From positions 480,001 through 544,000 of the forward strand of contig OZ254086.1 of NCBI GenBank assembly GCA_965267575.1: 64,000 nt of DNA. Direction: 5' to 3'. This document shows positions 47,881 through 57,232 of the stretch, piece by piece. Source of the stretch: Calditrichales bacterium. Its GTDB lineage: Bacteria > Calditrichota > Calditrichia > Calditrichales > J004. The translations under genes were made by a program, and so were the position numbers. The notes under the pieces were generated by a model. It had not been told where the DNA came from. It did no database searches and saw nothing but the letters and a program-made list of their open reading frames with translations. Numbering within the stretch: the first letter of the stretch is position 1; each line of letters starts with the position of its first letter.

Positions 47881-50211
47881 ATGTTTAAACCTATTGCTAA
47901 TCCGTACATCGTCGGTAACCCCATAAAAACGCAGGACATGTTTTATGGCCGTGAGGATGATTTTGAATTCATCCGGCGCAAGCTTGAGAGCGGCGGCAAA
48001 AGCTACATTATCGTTTTATGCGGAGAACGCCGGAGCGGCAAGACCTCCATTTTATTTCAAATTCTGAGCGGCCGTCTTGGTGATAATTTTGTACCGATCC
48101 TGATTGACATGCAGACCATGGCCGGGCTGAAGAACGAAATGGAGTTTTTCGAAAAGTTCGCCCAGGAAACCGCCAAATGCCTGAAAAGTGACAGCGGCGT
48201 TAATTCCGATATTTTCAGCACGTCCGAAGACAGCTCCTACAAAACATTCTCCGGATTCCTGGAGGACATTCACAAAGCCTACCCCGGCAAGCATATTCTT
48301 TTTCTGATCGATGAATACGAGATTATTGAGGCCAAAATCGAGGAAGGCAGCCTCAGCGAAAACTTTATCCCCTACCTGGCCGGCATTCTCGAAAGCGAAA
48401 AGCTAGTCTCGTTTATCTTTACCGGCTCCAGCCGGCTGGAAGACCGTAAAGTCAGTATCTGGCACATCCTGTTTGGCAAATCGCTGTTCCGCAATGTGAG
48501 CTTTCTGACGCGGCCCGATACGCTGCGCCTGATCACGGAGCCGGTTGAAGGCCAGATTACTTATGACGCGGAAGTGCTGAATACGATTTACCGTATTACA
48601 TCCGGGCAGCCTTTTTACACGCAGGTGGTTTGCCAGAATATTGTTGATTACGTCAACCAGCAGCGCAAAACCCATATCCAGTTGGAAGACCTGGAAGTGA
48701 TCGTCAACGAAATACTGGACAACCCGCTGCCGCAGATGATCTATTTCTGGAACAGCCTGAGCGACGACCGCAAACTGGTTTTATCGCTGCTGGCTGAGAT
48801 CCTGGAAACGCAGGACTCCTATATCACCGCGGAAGAGATCATCAAAGAATCCAAACGCCGCAAGTTTGGATTGGAACTGACCCTAAAGGCGATCAACACT
48901 ACGCTTGAGACGCTGTATCATAACAAACATGTTTCCAAGGGCCAGCACGGCTACAATTTCCAGATGGACCTTTTCCGGCGCTGGATTAAACGCGACCATG
49001 CCATCTGGAGGGTGATGAAGGAGGTCAGCAGCCTGGGCCAGGCATCGTCTGTAGTGAGTCAGGTTTATGAACCGGGCGCAGAAAAGCCGGCAGGCGGCGG
49101 GGCTAAAAAAATATTAATGATTGTATTGCCGCTGCTGCTCGTAGCGGTGGTTGCCGGCTGGTGGCTGATGCAGCCGGGAGACGACGCACAAAGCGAGCCT
49201 ATTGGCCAGGCCGGCGAAACAGAAGAAATGAGCGCTTCAAATGATATGGATGCTCAACAGCAAGCGGAAACACCACCGCCACCACAAGAAACACAGCAAC
49301 AGGAAGCTGAACAACAGCCCGAAGCCCAAAAGAAACCGCTGGCCACAGAAGCATCCGAAGTGAAACGTCCGGCAGAGCGGCAGCGCCAGACGGCACGCAA
49401 TACGCAGCAGGAAGCACAGGCACGTCGCGACGCCCAGGCCCGTGAGGACGCGGTTTCTGCCAGGCAGGCCGCCCAGGATGCACGCACTAAGGCACAACAG
49501 GCCGGAGCCGACCAAAACGCAGCGGATGTGTTTGGACAAGCCCAAAGCCGCGAACGTCAGGGAGACGCCGCGCTCGGTTCGGCCCAATACGAATCGGCCA
49601 TAAGCCAGTACAATGATGCAGCCCGATTGTATAACCAGGCTGTTAGCGGCGCCGCCCAGGCGCTTAACGATCTGCGCGCGCAGGCCGATCAGCTCAAACA
49701 ACAGGTCAGCTCGGCCAAATCCGACGCCAGCGCCGACTACAACAACATCCCGGTATTCCGCCAGGCTTTAAAAGATGAGGCAAGCGCAGACAGGCAGTTG
49801 GAAAGCGGCAATCCGCAGGAGGCCATAAACAGCTACCGCTCGGCTTTACAGAGCCACGAGCAGGCCCGCTCCGAATACGCCGCCAAACGTCTTGGCATCA
49901 CCAAAGCGATCACTGCCTACCTTAACGCCATTGAAGAAGAGAGCATTACCAAGATGAGAAACAATCATGCCAACTTTAATGAGAGCCTGGAGAGCGACTG
50001 GCAGCGATTGTTTGATTTTGCTAACAACATCCGTGTCGGCCGCACAATACAGTCTATAAAACTGCAGGCAGAAGACGCCGCCAGCGCCACCGTGGAGGTG
50101 GACCTCCTTTTTGACGGCGCTGACCGTAACCAATCCAAAAATATCTGGAAGATGGAGCTCAACGAACAGGGCTCACGCTGGGTTATCAGCAATATTTCTG
50201 AAAATCGCTGA
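47881..50211 (+). CDS. STAND-like P-loop ATPase + single TM + exported helical and NTF2-like domains
   Basis: NPYIVGNP, FYGRE, Walker A GERRSGKT, Walker B LIDEYE, SGQP; TM at 49111-49170; Q/E/A-rich linker; start set at ATG 47881. Confidence 0.85.
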   Translation: MFKPIANPYIVGNPIKTQDMFYGREDDFEFIRRKLESGGKSYIIVLCGERRSGKTSILFQILSGRLGDNFVPILIDMQTMAGLKNEMEFFEKFAQETAKCLKSDSGVNSDIFSTSEDSSYKTFSGFLEDIHKAYPGKHILFLIDEYEIIEAKIEEGSLSENFIPYLAGILESEKLVSFIFTGSSRLEDRKVSIWHILFGKSLFRNVSFLTRPDTLRLITEPVEGQITYDAEVLNTIYRITSGQPFYTQVVCQNIVDYVNQQRKTHIQLEDLEVIVNEILDNPLPQMIYFWNSLSDDRKLVLSLLAEILETQDSYITAEEIIKESKRRKFGLELTLKAINTTLETLYHNKHVSKGQHGYNFQMDLFRRWIKRDHAIWRVMKEVSSLGQASSVVSQVYEPGAEKPAGGGAKKILMIVLPLLLVAVVAGWWLMQPGDDAQSEPIGQAGETEEMSASNDMDAQQQAETPPPPQETQQQEAEQQPEAQKKPLATEASEVKRPAERQRQTARNTQQEAQARRDAQAREDAVSARQAAQDARTKAQQAGADQNAADVFGQAQSRERQGDAALGSAQYESAISQYNDAARLYNQAVSGAAQALNDLRAQADQLKQQVSSAKSDASADYNNIPVFRQALKDEASADRQLESGNPQEAINSYRSALQSHEQARSEYAAKRLGITKAITAYLNAIEEESITKMRNNHANFNESLESDWQRLFDFANNIRVGRTIQSIKLQAEDAASATVEVDLLFDGADRNQSKNIWKMELNEQGSRWVISNISENR

Positions 50212-50243
50212 ACATAATAAATCCAAATTAGGGGGAGGTTTTT

Positions 50244-51557
50244 ATGCGCGTGTTACGCTATTTCACGGGTTTTGTCATGCTGTTTGCAATCCCGGCATCC
50301 CTGCAGGGGCAAACGCTGCAAGACCAGTTGGAAGGTATTTTCGAAGAACTGCTGAGCGTAAGCCTGGAAGGCAGTCCCGGCGCCCACGGCGAACACTTCA
50401 AGCCATCTAACGTGGCCAACAGCGGGCGCATTATCAGCAGCCTGAATAATTTCATTAGCAGCAGTGTATCCAATTTCCCGCTAAGCTCCACGGTGGCCGG
50501 TGTTACGTTCGATTTTTCCAGCGGCCGTCCGGTCAGTACTTCTACAAGTCTGGGACCTATTTTTGCCGAGCGTGCGCAAACCATCGGGCGCAACCGCATT
50601 AACTTCGGCTTCAATTTCTCGCACATCGATTTTACAAAAATCCGCGGCCTGGACACGGAAGACGTGCGCCTCACTTTTATCCACCAGGATGTGGGCAACC
50701 CCGGCCTTGGCGATTCGCCGTTTGAGTTTGATACCATTGAGCTTTTCCTCAATCTTAAAATCCGGGCGACGGTGTTTGCTTTTTTTACCACCTACGGTAT
50801 AACGGACAGGCTTGATGTTGGCGTGGCCATACCCTTTGTAAATGTGCGTCTGAAAGCGGACCCGCTGGCGATTATGGATAGCTACACCTATCTGGCAACA
50901 GGTCAGGCTTTCCATAATTTCGGGGGCACAAGTGAAGAACCGCAGCTAACAACCCGTCCCGCATCCATCGCCGATGACGCCACGGGAATCGGTGACATCG
51001 CGCTGCGCCTGAAATACAACATCCTGCGCGACAAAGGCGTGGATCTGGCAGCCCTGGCCGAATACCGTTTGGATACAGGCGAGGAGCCGGACTTCCTCGG
51101 CACCGGCGACGACCGTATTCGCCTGATGCTGGTGGCCTCCAGAGTGCTGGGCGATTTCGCGCCGCATATTAATCTTGGATATGAAATTAAGACAGGCGAA
51201 CTGGACCGCGATGAAATCGATATTTTTATCGGCTATGACCAGAAGCTTTCCGAGTCCCTGACGCTGGCCGTTGATTTTCTTGGAGAATATCAGATTGGCG
51301 AAGCAAAAGCGGAGCGGGAATTCCCGGAGCCCATCACAATAGAACCGGACGGGCTTCCGACGACCAGTTACGTCAAGCGCGTTAGTTTTACCAATATTCC
51401 GGATTTTGAAAGCGACCATAATGTAAACGGCTCGGTGGGTTTTAAATTCAGTCCCAAGGAATCGCTGATGATCATCGGTAACGCCATTGTGCCGTTGAAC
51501 GACGGCGGGTTGCGCGCGGATGTAATCCCCACGCTGGGCTTTGAATTCAGCTTCTGA
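50244..51557 (+). CDS. Outer-membrane beta-barrel protein (MetA/phenol-degradation transporter-like)
   Basis: Signal peptide; ERAQTIGR, GITDRLDVGVAIP, GIGDIALRLKY; C-terminal LGFEFSF beta-signal. Confidence 0.8.
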   Translation: MRVLRYFTGFVMLFAIPASLQGQTLQDQLEGIFEELLSVSLEGSPGAHGEHFKPSNVANSGRIISSLNNFISSSVSNFPLSSTVAGVTFDFSSGRPVSTSTSLGPIFAERAQTIGRNRINFGFNFSHIDFTKIRGLDTEDVRLTFIHQDVGNPGLGDSPFEFDTIELFLNLKIRATVFAFFTTYGITDRLDVGVAIPFVNVRLKADPLAIMDSYTYLATGQAFHNFGGTSEEPQLTTRPASIADDATGIGDIALRLKYNILRDKGVDLAALAEYRLDTGEEPDFLGTGDDRIRLMLVASRVLGDFAPHINLGYEIKTGELDRDEIDIFIGYDQKLSESLTLAVDFLGEYQIGEAKAEREFPEPITIEPDGLPTTSYVKRVSFTNIPDFESDHNVNGSVGFKFSPKESLMIIGNAIVPLNDGGLRADVIPTLGFEFSF

Positions 51558-51566
51558 GAAAGGCGA

Positions 51567-52634
51567 ATGGAAAGCGCAATCCTGCAACCGATAAAAGAGC
51601 CGGCTCAGTTATTTGGCCGCGGCTCGCTGGTAAATAAAATCTATGCGCGCATCGGCGCCGCCCGTCCGCAATCGGTTTCGCTTGTGGGCGATTGCAAAGT
51701 GGGCAAAACCTCCCTCCTGCTTTGCCTGGCCGCGAAAGAGACGTGTGCGCGCATGCTGCGGCGGCCCGAAGATTATGCGATCGTTTTCCTCTCAATCAGT
51801 GAGCTGAAAATAAAAAGCGTGGATGCCTTTGTTCAAAATTTACATAAGGCCATGCAGCCGCATTTGCCGGGTTCGAATGAGCTTTCGGCAAACGACAATC
51901 GTTACGACTGGTTTAAAAAAGCCGCCGAGGAATTTACGCAGCAGGGCAAAAAGATTATCCTCTTTTTTGATGATTTTAACCTGATCACTCAAAACGAGGA
52001 ATTTCCGCTTGAATTTTTTTCGTTTCTGCGCTCCGTGGCCAACAACTACAACGTGGCATACGTCACCACATCTTACCTTGATCTGCAGAAATTGTGCGTA
52101 TCCAAAGACGTGGAAGAATCACCCTTTTTTAATATTTTTACCAACATGATGATTAAAGGACTGGACAAAAACGACGCCAACGATCTTATGCAGGCAAAGC
52201 TGGACGGAATCAGTGAAACGCAGCGCGACAAGCTGTGGGCGCTTTGCGGCGGATTCCCTTACCTGATCAAGTTGGCCTGCGCCGCTTCCCGCGAAAAAAA
52301 CCTGCCACCCGATGACGAAGCATTTGAACGGGCTTTTTACAAACAGTCCAAGTCTTTTTTTGCGTTGCTTTGGGAGCGATTTGAAAGCGAGCACCGTCAT
52401 ATTCTGGAAAAAGTCGTGCGCGGCCAGAAGATCAATCCCCGGCAACATTATCTGCTGCATGATCTGGAACGCAAGGGTTACGTATACAGCAACGGCAAGC
52501 CAACGCTTTTCTCCCCGGCCTTTGCCAATTTTATAGCCGAGATCCGAAATATCGGCGTGCTTTCCGACTCTTCTCCCATGGGCCTGTTGAAGCGTATCTT
52601 TCAACGTATCCGTTCCACCTACAGGACGGCCTGA
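51567..52634 (+). CDS. Stand-alone STAND-like (AAA-like) ATPase
   Basis: LFGR, Walker A GDCKVGKT, Walker B FFDDF, SPFFNIF, GGFP. Confidence 0.85.
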   Translation: MESAILQPIKEPAQLFGRGSLVNKIYARIGAARPQSVSLVGDCKVGKTSLLLCLAAKETCARMLRRPEDYAIVFLSISELKIKSVDAFVQNLHKAMQPHLPGSNELSANDNRYDWFKKAAEEFTQQGKKIILFFDDFNLITQNEEFPLEFFSFLRSVANNYNVAYVTTSYLDLQKLCVSKDVEESPFFNIFTNMMIKGLDKNDANDLMQAKLDGISETQRDKLWALCGGFPYLIKLACAASREKNLPPDDEAFERAFYKQSKSFFALLWERFESEHRHILEKVVRGQKINPRQHYLLHDLERKGYVYSNGKPTLFSPAFANFIAEIRNIGVLSDSSPMGLLKRIFQRIRSTYRTA

Positions 52635-55318
52635 TGATAGGCAAGCAGTTATCACACTACCGCGTTTTACAAAAGATCGGCGAGGGTGGCATGGGCGAAG
52701 TATATCTGGCCGAAGATGTCAACCTGATGCGCAAGGCCGCGGTTAAAGTTCTTTCCCAGAAAACGGGCTATAAGGAAGAATTTAAGCGCCGCTTTAAGCT
52801 GGAAGCGCAAGCCGTGGCCGCACTTAACCATCCCAATATCGTTACGATTTACGAGCTGGGCGAGGATAATGACACGCCCTTTATCGTAATGGAATATGTC
52901 GATGGCCGTTCACTACGTGAGATATTGCATAAGCGCAGCAAGCTGAGCCTGGACGAAGCGCTGAATTATGCCTGCCAGGTCTGCGAAGGACTTACCAAGG
53001 CGCATTTTGCCGGCATTATCCACCGTGACATAAAGCCTGAAAATATTCTCATTGACAAGGAAGACCGTGTCAAGATACTTGATTTTGGCCTGGCCAAACT
53101 GCGCGGCAGCAACAGTAACATCACCAGGGAAAGCACCCGCGTGGGCACGCTGAAATACATGTCGCCCGAGCAGGTGCAGGGCCATGAGCTTGACCCGCGC
53201 TCTGACATCTTTTCACTGGGCATCATCTTGTATGAATTGCTGACCGGCCACATTCCGTTCAAGGGTGACTATGATGTGGCCATCCTCTACTCCATTAGCC
53301 ACGATCCGCCCGTGCCGCTGCGCGAACGTTTGGCCGACGCACCGGAGGTACTGGAGCAGATCATACAAAAGGCGCTGAAAAAAGACCCGGCTCAGCGCTT
53401 TCAGACGGTTGGCGAAATGCAGGACGAATTGATCCGTGTGCGCCAGGGCCGGGCGCAGGGTCGCGGCCAGGAAAGCAGCCTCAACTCGCCCAGCAAAGGC
53501 ATTGAGGAATTGCTGGAACATCGTGAGAAAATCGACAAGCTCATTGAGACACGCTATAAACGCGAAGTAGTGATCATGTTTGCCGACATCGCCGGTTCCA
53601 CGCAGTTTTTTGAGAAGCGCGGCGATATTGAAGGCCGGGCGATGGTACAGCGCTTTAACCGCCTCATGTTCCCGATCATTGAAGACCACCAGGGAGCCGT
53701 AATTAAAACCATGGGCGACGGCATTATGGCCTCTTTCGGCGACCCCGTCGCGTCCTGCCGCTGCGCCATCCGTATGCAACAATTGCTTTTTACGGACAAC
53801 AGCGCCCGCCTGGAAGACGATCAGATCGCCATGCGCGTGGCCCTGCATTTTGGCCGTGGCGTGATCGAAAAGGGCGATGTCTACGGCGATGTGGTCAATG
53901 TGGCGGCGCGCGTTGAGAAACACACCGAAGCGGGCACGATTGTGATGTCGCAATCGCTGTACGAAAAGGTAGAAGATGATGAAGCTTTCCGCTGCGGCTA
54001 TCAGGGCACGTTCAGCGTAAAGGGCAAATCGGAGCCGCTGGCACTGTACCGCCTAAGCTGGAGAACAGAAGAGAGTGGTGATGAGCCTGATGAAGGCCTA
54101 AAAGCAATCGCCGCAGAACCGGACAAAACAAGCCCGCCGCCACCGCCGCCGGCAAAAACAGAATCGTCCTATGAAGAAGTGGTACAGCCCGGTTTCCGGC
54201 TGACGCGTCCCTATAAAACGCCGCCCGCACCCGACGCCGAGACGCGCCACGACGCCATGCACGGCAACCCATACATGAATCGCGTCATGATCCGCAATGC
54301 CGATGAGTTTTACGGCAGGGAGCCGGAAGTAAGAAAAATTTACGCGCGCATCGGTTCTTCGCGTCCGCAATCAGTATCGGTTGTGGGCGAACGGCGCATT
54401 GGTAAGTCGTCCCTGTTGCACTATGTTTACAGCCACGAAAACCGGCGCCATTTTCTGCTAAATGCCGACGAGTATGTGATGGTCTTTGTCGATTTCCAGG
54501 AAAAGCGCGGCATCGGCATTCCGGAATTTTTTAAAACGATCCAGGAAAACCTGCTGAAAGAATTCCGCGGCACATTTACCATAAACCTTGATCCGGGCTA
54601 TGAGACATTCAAGCGCACGGTGAGTTTTCTGGAAGAGCAGGAGCTGAAGCTTGTGCTGGTTTTCGATGAATTTGAGCTGGTAACGCGCAACGATCGCTTT
54701 GACGCCGAATTCTATTCGTTCCTGCGCTCGATGGCCAATAATCATAATGTGGCCTATCTGGTAGCATCGGGCCGCAATCTGCAGACCATGTGCCACAGCC
54801 GTGAAATTTCCGATTCACCGTTCTTTAATATTTTTTCCAACCTGACGCTGAGCCAGTTTACGCACAAGGAAGCCGCGGAACTGATCACCGAGCCGGCGCG
54901 AAAGGCCGGAGTAAACCTGGAAGCGGAAGTACCGTTTGTCATCGATCTGGCCGGATACCATCCCTTTTTTATCCAGATGGTGTGCGCCTCGCTGTTTGAG
55001 TATGTGCGCGATAAGCGGCCGCTGGACAAGGAAGTAAAAAGCAACGTGCAGGAAGAATTTCTCGATGAGGCGCGGGTGCATTTTCAGCAAATCTGGGAAG
55101 TGTGTGATGAAGACACGCGCGAAATCATGCTGCTCCTGGCCCAGGGCAAAAGGCCAGATCCCAGCCGCGAGTACCTGGTGCAGGAACTTAGCAAAGCGGG
55201 CTATATCCGCGAGGAAAAAGGCAAACCCTTGCTGTTCTCCTCGCTCTTTGCCGACTACATCAGTGAGCGCTATCTGCCCGGCGGCAAAAAGAAAAAGCGG
55301 CGCTTTTGGCCGTTTTAA
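52634..55318 (+). CDS. Ser/Thr kinase - class III adenylate cyclase - STAND-like ATPase fusion
   Basis: GEGGMGEVY, AVK, HRDIKPEN, DFG, SPE; FADIAGST, IKTMGDG, GDVVNVAARV; GERRIGKS, VFDEFE, SPFFNIF, GYHP. Confidence 0.93.
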   Translation: MIGKQLSHYRVLQKIGEGGMGEVYLAEDVNLMRKAAVKVLSQKTGYKEEFKRRFKLEAQAVAALNHPNIVTIYELGEDNDTPFIVMEYVDGRSLREILHKRSKLSLDEALNYACQVCEGLTKAHFAGIIHRDIKPENILIDKEDRVKILDFGLAKLRGSNSNITRESTRVGTLKYMSPEQVQGHELDPRSDIFSLGIILYELLTGHIPFKGDYDVAILYSISHDPPVPLRERLADAPEVLEQIIQKALKKDPAQRFQTVGEMQDELIRVRQGRAQGRGQESSLNSPSKGIEELLEHREKIDKLIETRYKREVVIMFADIAGSTQFFEKRGDIEGRAMVQRFNRLMFPIIEDHQGAVIKTMGDGIMASFGDPVASCRCAIRMQQLLFTDNSARLEDDQIAMRVALHFGRGVIEKGDVYGDVVNVAARVEKHTEAGTIVMSQSLYEKVEDDEAFRCGYQGTFSVKGKSEPLALYRLSWRTEESGDEPDEGLKAIAAEPDKTSPPPPPPAKTESSYEEVVQPGFRLTRPYKTPPAPDAETRHDAMHGNPYMNRVMIRNADEFYGREPEVRKIYARIGSSRPQSVSVVGERRIGKSSLLHYVYSHENRRHFLLNADEYVMVFVDFQEKRGIGIPEFFKTIQENLLKEFRGTFTINLDPGYETFKRTVSFLEEQELKLVLVFDEFELVTRNDRFDAEFYSFLRSMANNHNVAYLVASGRNLQTMCHSREISDSPFFNIFSNLTLSQFTHKEAAELITEPARKAGVNLEAEVPFVIDLAGYHPFFIQMVCASLFEYVRDKRPLDKEVKSNVQEEFLDEARVHFQQIWEVCDEDTREIMLLLAQGKRPDPSREYLVQELSKAGYIREEKGKPLLFSSLFADYISERYLPGGKKKKRRFWPF

Positions 55319-55337
55319 AGTATTAGCATATCAAGAT

Positions 55338-55419
55338 CGTCATCCCGGCCCAAGCGCCGGGATCTCTTTTCTTTGGAACTATAGATCCCGGTGTGACAAA
55401 AATGCCACCATGGATGACG
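55338..55419. repeat. Inverted pair of CGTCAT-CC REP-like palindromes between convergent genes
   Basis: CGTCATCCCGG...CCGGGATCTC (55338-55366) and AGATCCCGGTG...GGATGACG (55383-55419). Confidence 0.75.
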
Positions 55420-55442
55420 CTTTTTTGTTTTTAGCGAAAGGC

Positions 55443-57092
55443 TTACTCCCTCTCAAAAACAATTTCCCCGCCAACTACCGTCATCAGCACATTTACATCA
55501 CGTATTGTTTCCGGCGCTATCTCAAACAGGTTTTGATCCAGCATAACGAAATCGGCCAGTTTGCCCTTTTCCAGGCTGCCAAGGCGGTCCTCATCGCGAG
55601 CAGCATAGGCGGCATTGATGGTGTGGGCCTGAAGCGCCTGCTCTACGCTGATCTTTTGCTGCGGCAGCCAACCGCCGGGATTCTTATCGTCCAGTGTACG
55701 ACGCGTAACGGCGGCATAGATCGTCTCCAGCGGTATGGGCGGCGCCACAAACCAGTCGCTGCCAAAAGCCAGTTTTGCGCCTCCATCCAGCAGGCTTTTC
55801 CAGGCAAACGATCCTTCAAGCTGCTTGTCGCTTAAAATCTTACCTGCCCAGCGCCCGTCATCGATGGCGTGATATGGCTGCACGCTGGCAATTACGCCAA
55901 GTTCTCCAAAACGCCCTGAATCAGCGGAGCCCACATGCTGGGCATGTTCTATGCGCATGCGCCTGTCACGCGGCGGATTTTCCTGCTGCACCTGCTCAAA
56001 AATATCCAGCAAAATGTGAATAGCACGGTCACCGATGGCGTGGATTACCGGCTGCAGCCCGGCGCGGTCACCGGCCATAATCCAGTCGCGCATGTTCGTT
56101 GTGTCGTTTACAAACAGACCCGTATTGTCGGGTTTACCCCGGTAAGCGTCAAAAAAAGCGGCCGTTTGCGAACCGAGGGAGCCATCCATAAAACCTTTTA
56201 AGCCTCCCCAGTGCAGCCATTCGTCACCGGAACCGTTTTCCGCCACAAACTGCTCCAGTCGCTGCCAGCCCAAAAGTGGCACGGAGGCGTAGATGCGCGT
56301 TTTCAGCAAACCTTTTTCCTGGGCGCGGCGGAAAAAATGCAGCTGGTCCCAGGAGCCCATATGATGCACCGCCGTTACGCCGTGGGAAGCGACATAATTC
56401 ATGGCGGCTTTCAATGCGCGCTCGCGGTCCTCTTCCGTCGGGTTCGGTACGTGTGGCCAGATCAGGTCCATGGCGTTATCCTTTAATACGCCGGTTAAAG
56501 CGCCGTTCTTGTCGCGCACGATTGTTCCGCCCTCCACGTCGGGTGTTTGGGTGGTAACACCGGCCAGTTGCAAAGCGAGGCTGTTGGCCAGGGCCATATG
56601 TCCGTCGAGACGGCTTACAAAAACGGGGTGCTCCGGCGTCAGGCTGTCGATCCAAATGCGGTTGGGCAATTCGCCGCCCCAGCGTTCATGGTCCCAGTCA
56701 CCCCCGGTAATCCAGGTGCCGGGCGGTACGGTTTTGGCAAAATCCGCAATGCGTTTGCTGAATTCTTCTGGTGTTGCCGCGTCGCGTAGCTGCACCGAGG
56801 CCAGACGAAACCCGCCTTCCATAAAGTGTACGTGGCTGTCAATAAAACCGGGCAGCAGCATCCGGTCCTGCGCCTCGATAATACGCGTACTGTCAGTTAT
56901 CAGCGCGGAAATCTCTTCGTTGCTGCCCAGGGCGATTATGCTGTCACCACTCAAAGCCATGGCCTGCGCCTGCGGCTGCTGTGGGTTGCCCGTCCATATA
57001 TTGGCGCTTAAAACAACCAGGTCCGCTTTTTGACCCATTGTGCATCCTCCAACTGCTAAAGCAATCGCTAAAAAAAGAAAAGAAACACGCAT
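55443..57092 (-). CDS. Amidohydrolase_3 (YtcJ-like) lipoprotein
   Basis: PGFIDSHVH, KGFMDGSLG, HAIGD, RIEHAQ, FGSDW; lipobox VGGC; start adjusted to 57092. Confidence 0.93.
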   Translation of the reverse strand: MRVSFLFLAIALAVGGCTMGQKADLVVLSANIWTGNPQQPQAQAMALSGDSIIALGSNEEISALITDSTRIIEAQDRMLLPGFIDSHVHFMEGGFRLASVQLRDAATPEEFSKRIADFAKTVPPGTWITGGDWDHERWGGELPNRIWIDSLTPEHPVFVSRLDGHMALANSLALQLAGVTTQTPDVEGGTIVRDKNGALTGVLKDNAMDLIWPHVPNPTEEDRERALKAAMNYVASHGVTAVHHMGSWDQLHFFRRAQEKGLLKTRIYASVPLLGWQRLEQFVAENGSGDEWLHWGGLKGFMDGSLGSQTAAFFDAYRGKPDNTGLFVNDTTNMRDWIMAGDRAGLQPVIHAIGDRAIHILLDIFEQVQQENPPRDRRMRIEHAQHVGSADSGRFGELGVIASVQPYHAIDDGRWAGKILSDKQLEGSFAWKSLLDGGAKLAFGSDWFVAPPIPLETIYAAVTRRTLDDKNPGGWLPQQKISVEQALQAHTINAAYAARDEDRLGSLEKGKLADFVMLDQNLFEIAPETIRDVNVLMTVVGGEIVFERE

Positions 57093-57232
57093 AACGGCCT
57101 CCTTTTCCGGCAAATTAGAGCCGCTTACGAAACGGTGCAAGCCTGTAGTGTATCGGGATTGTTTTTTAATATGTAACGATCGTATTATACCTGAGCTCTT
57201 GTTTGCTGAACACAAACCCAGGGGAGGTCATT

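Noticed and set aside
53560-54060. Pycsar or CBASS assignment for the cyclase
   Set aside because: Ordinary class III fold with adenine-specifying K/D residues; no cNMP-binding effector or CD-NTase in the operon
55065-55835. 256-aa ORF crossing the end of the kinase operon
   Set aside because: Overlaps two real genes and the REP pair; no motifs
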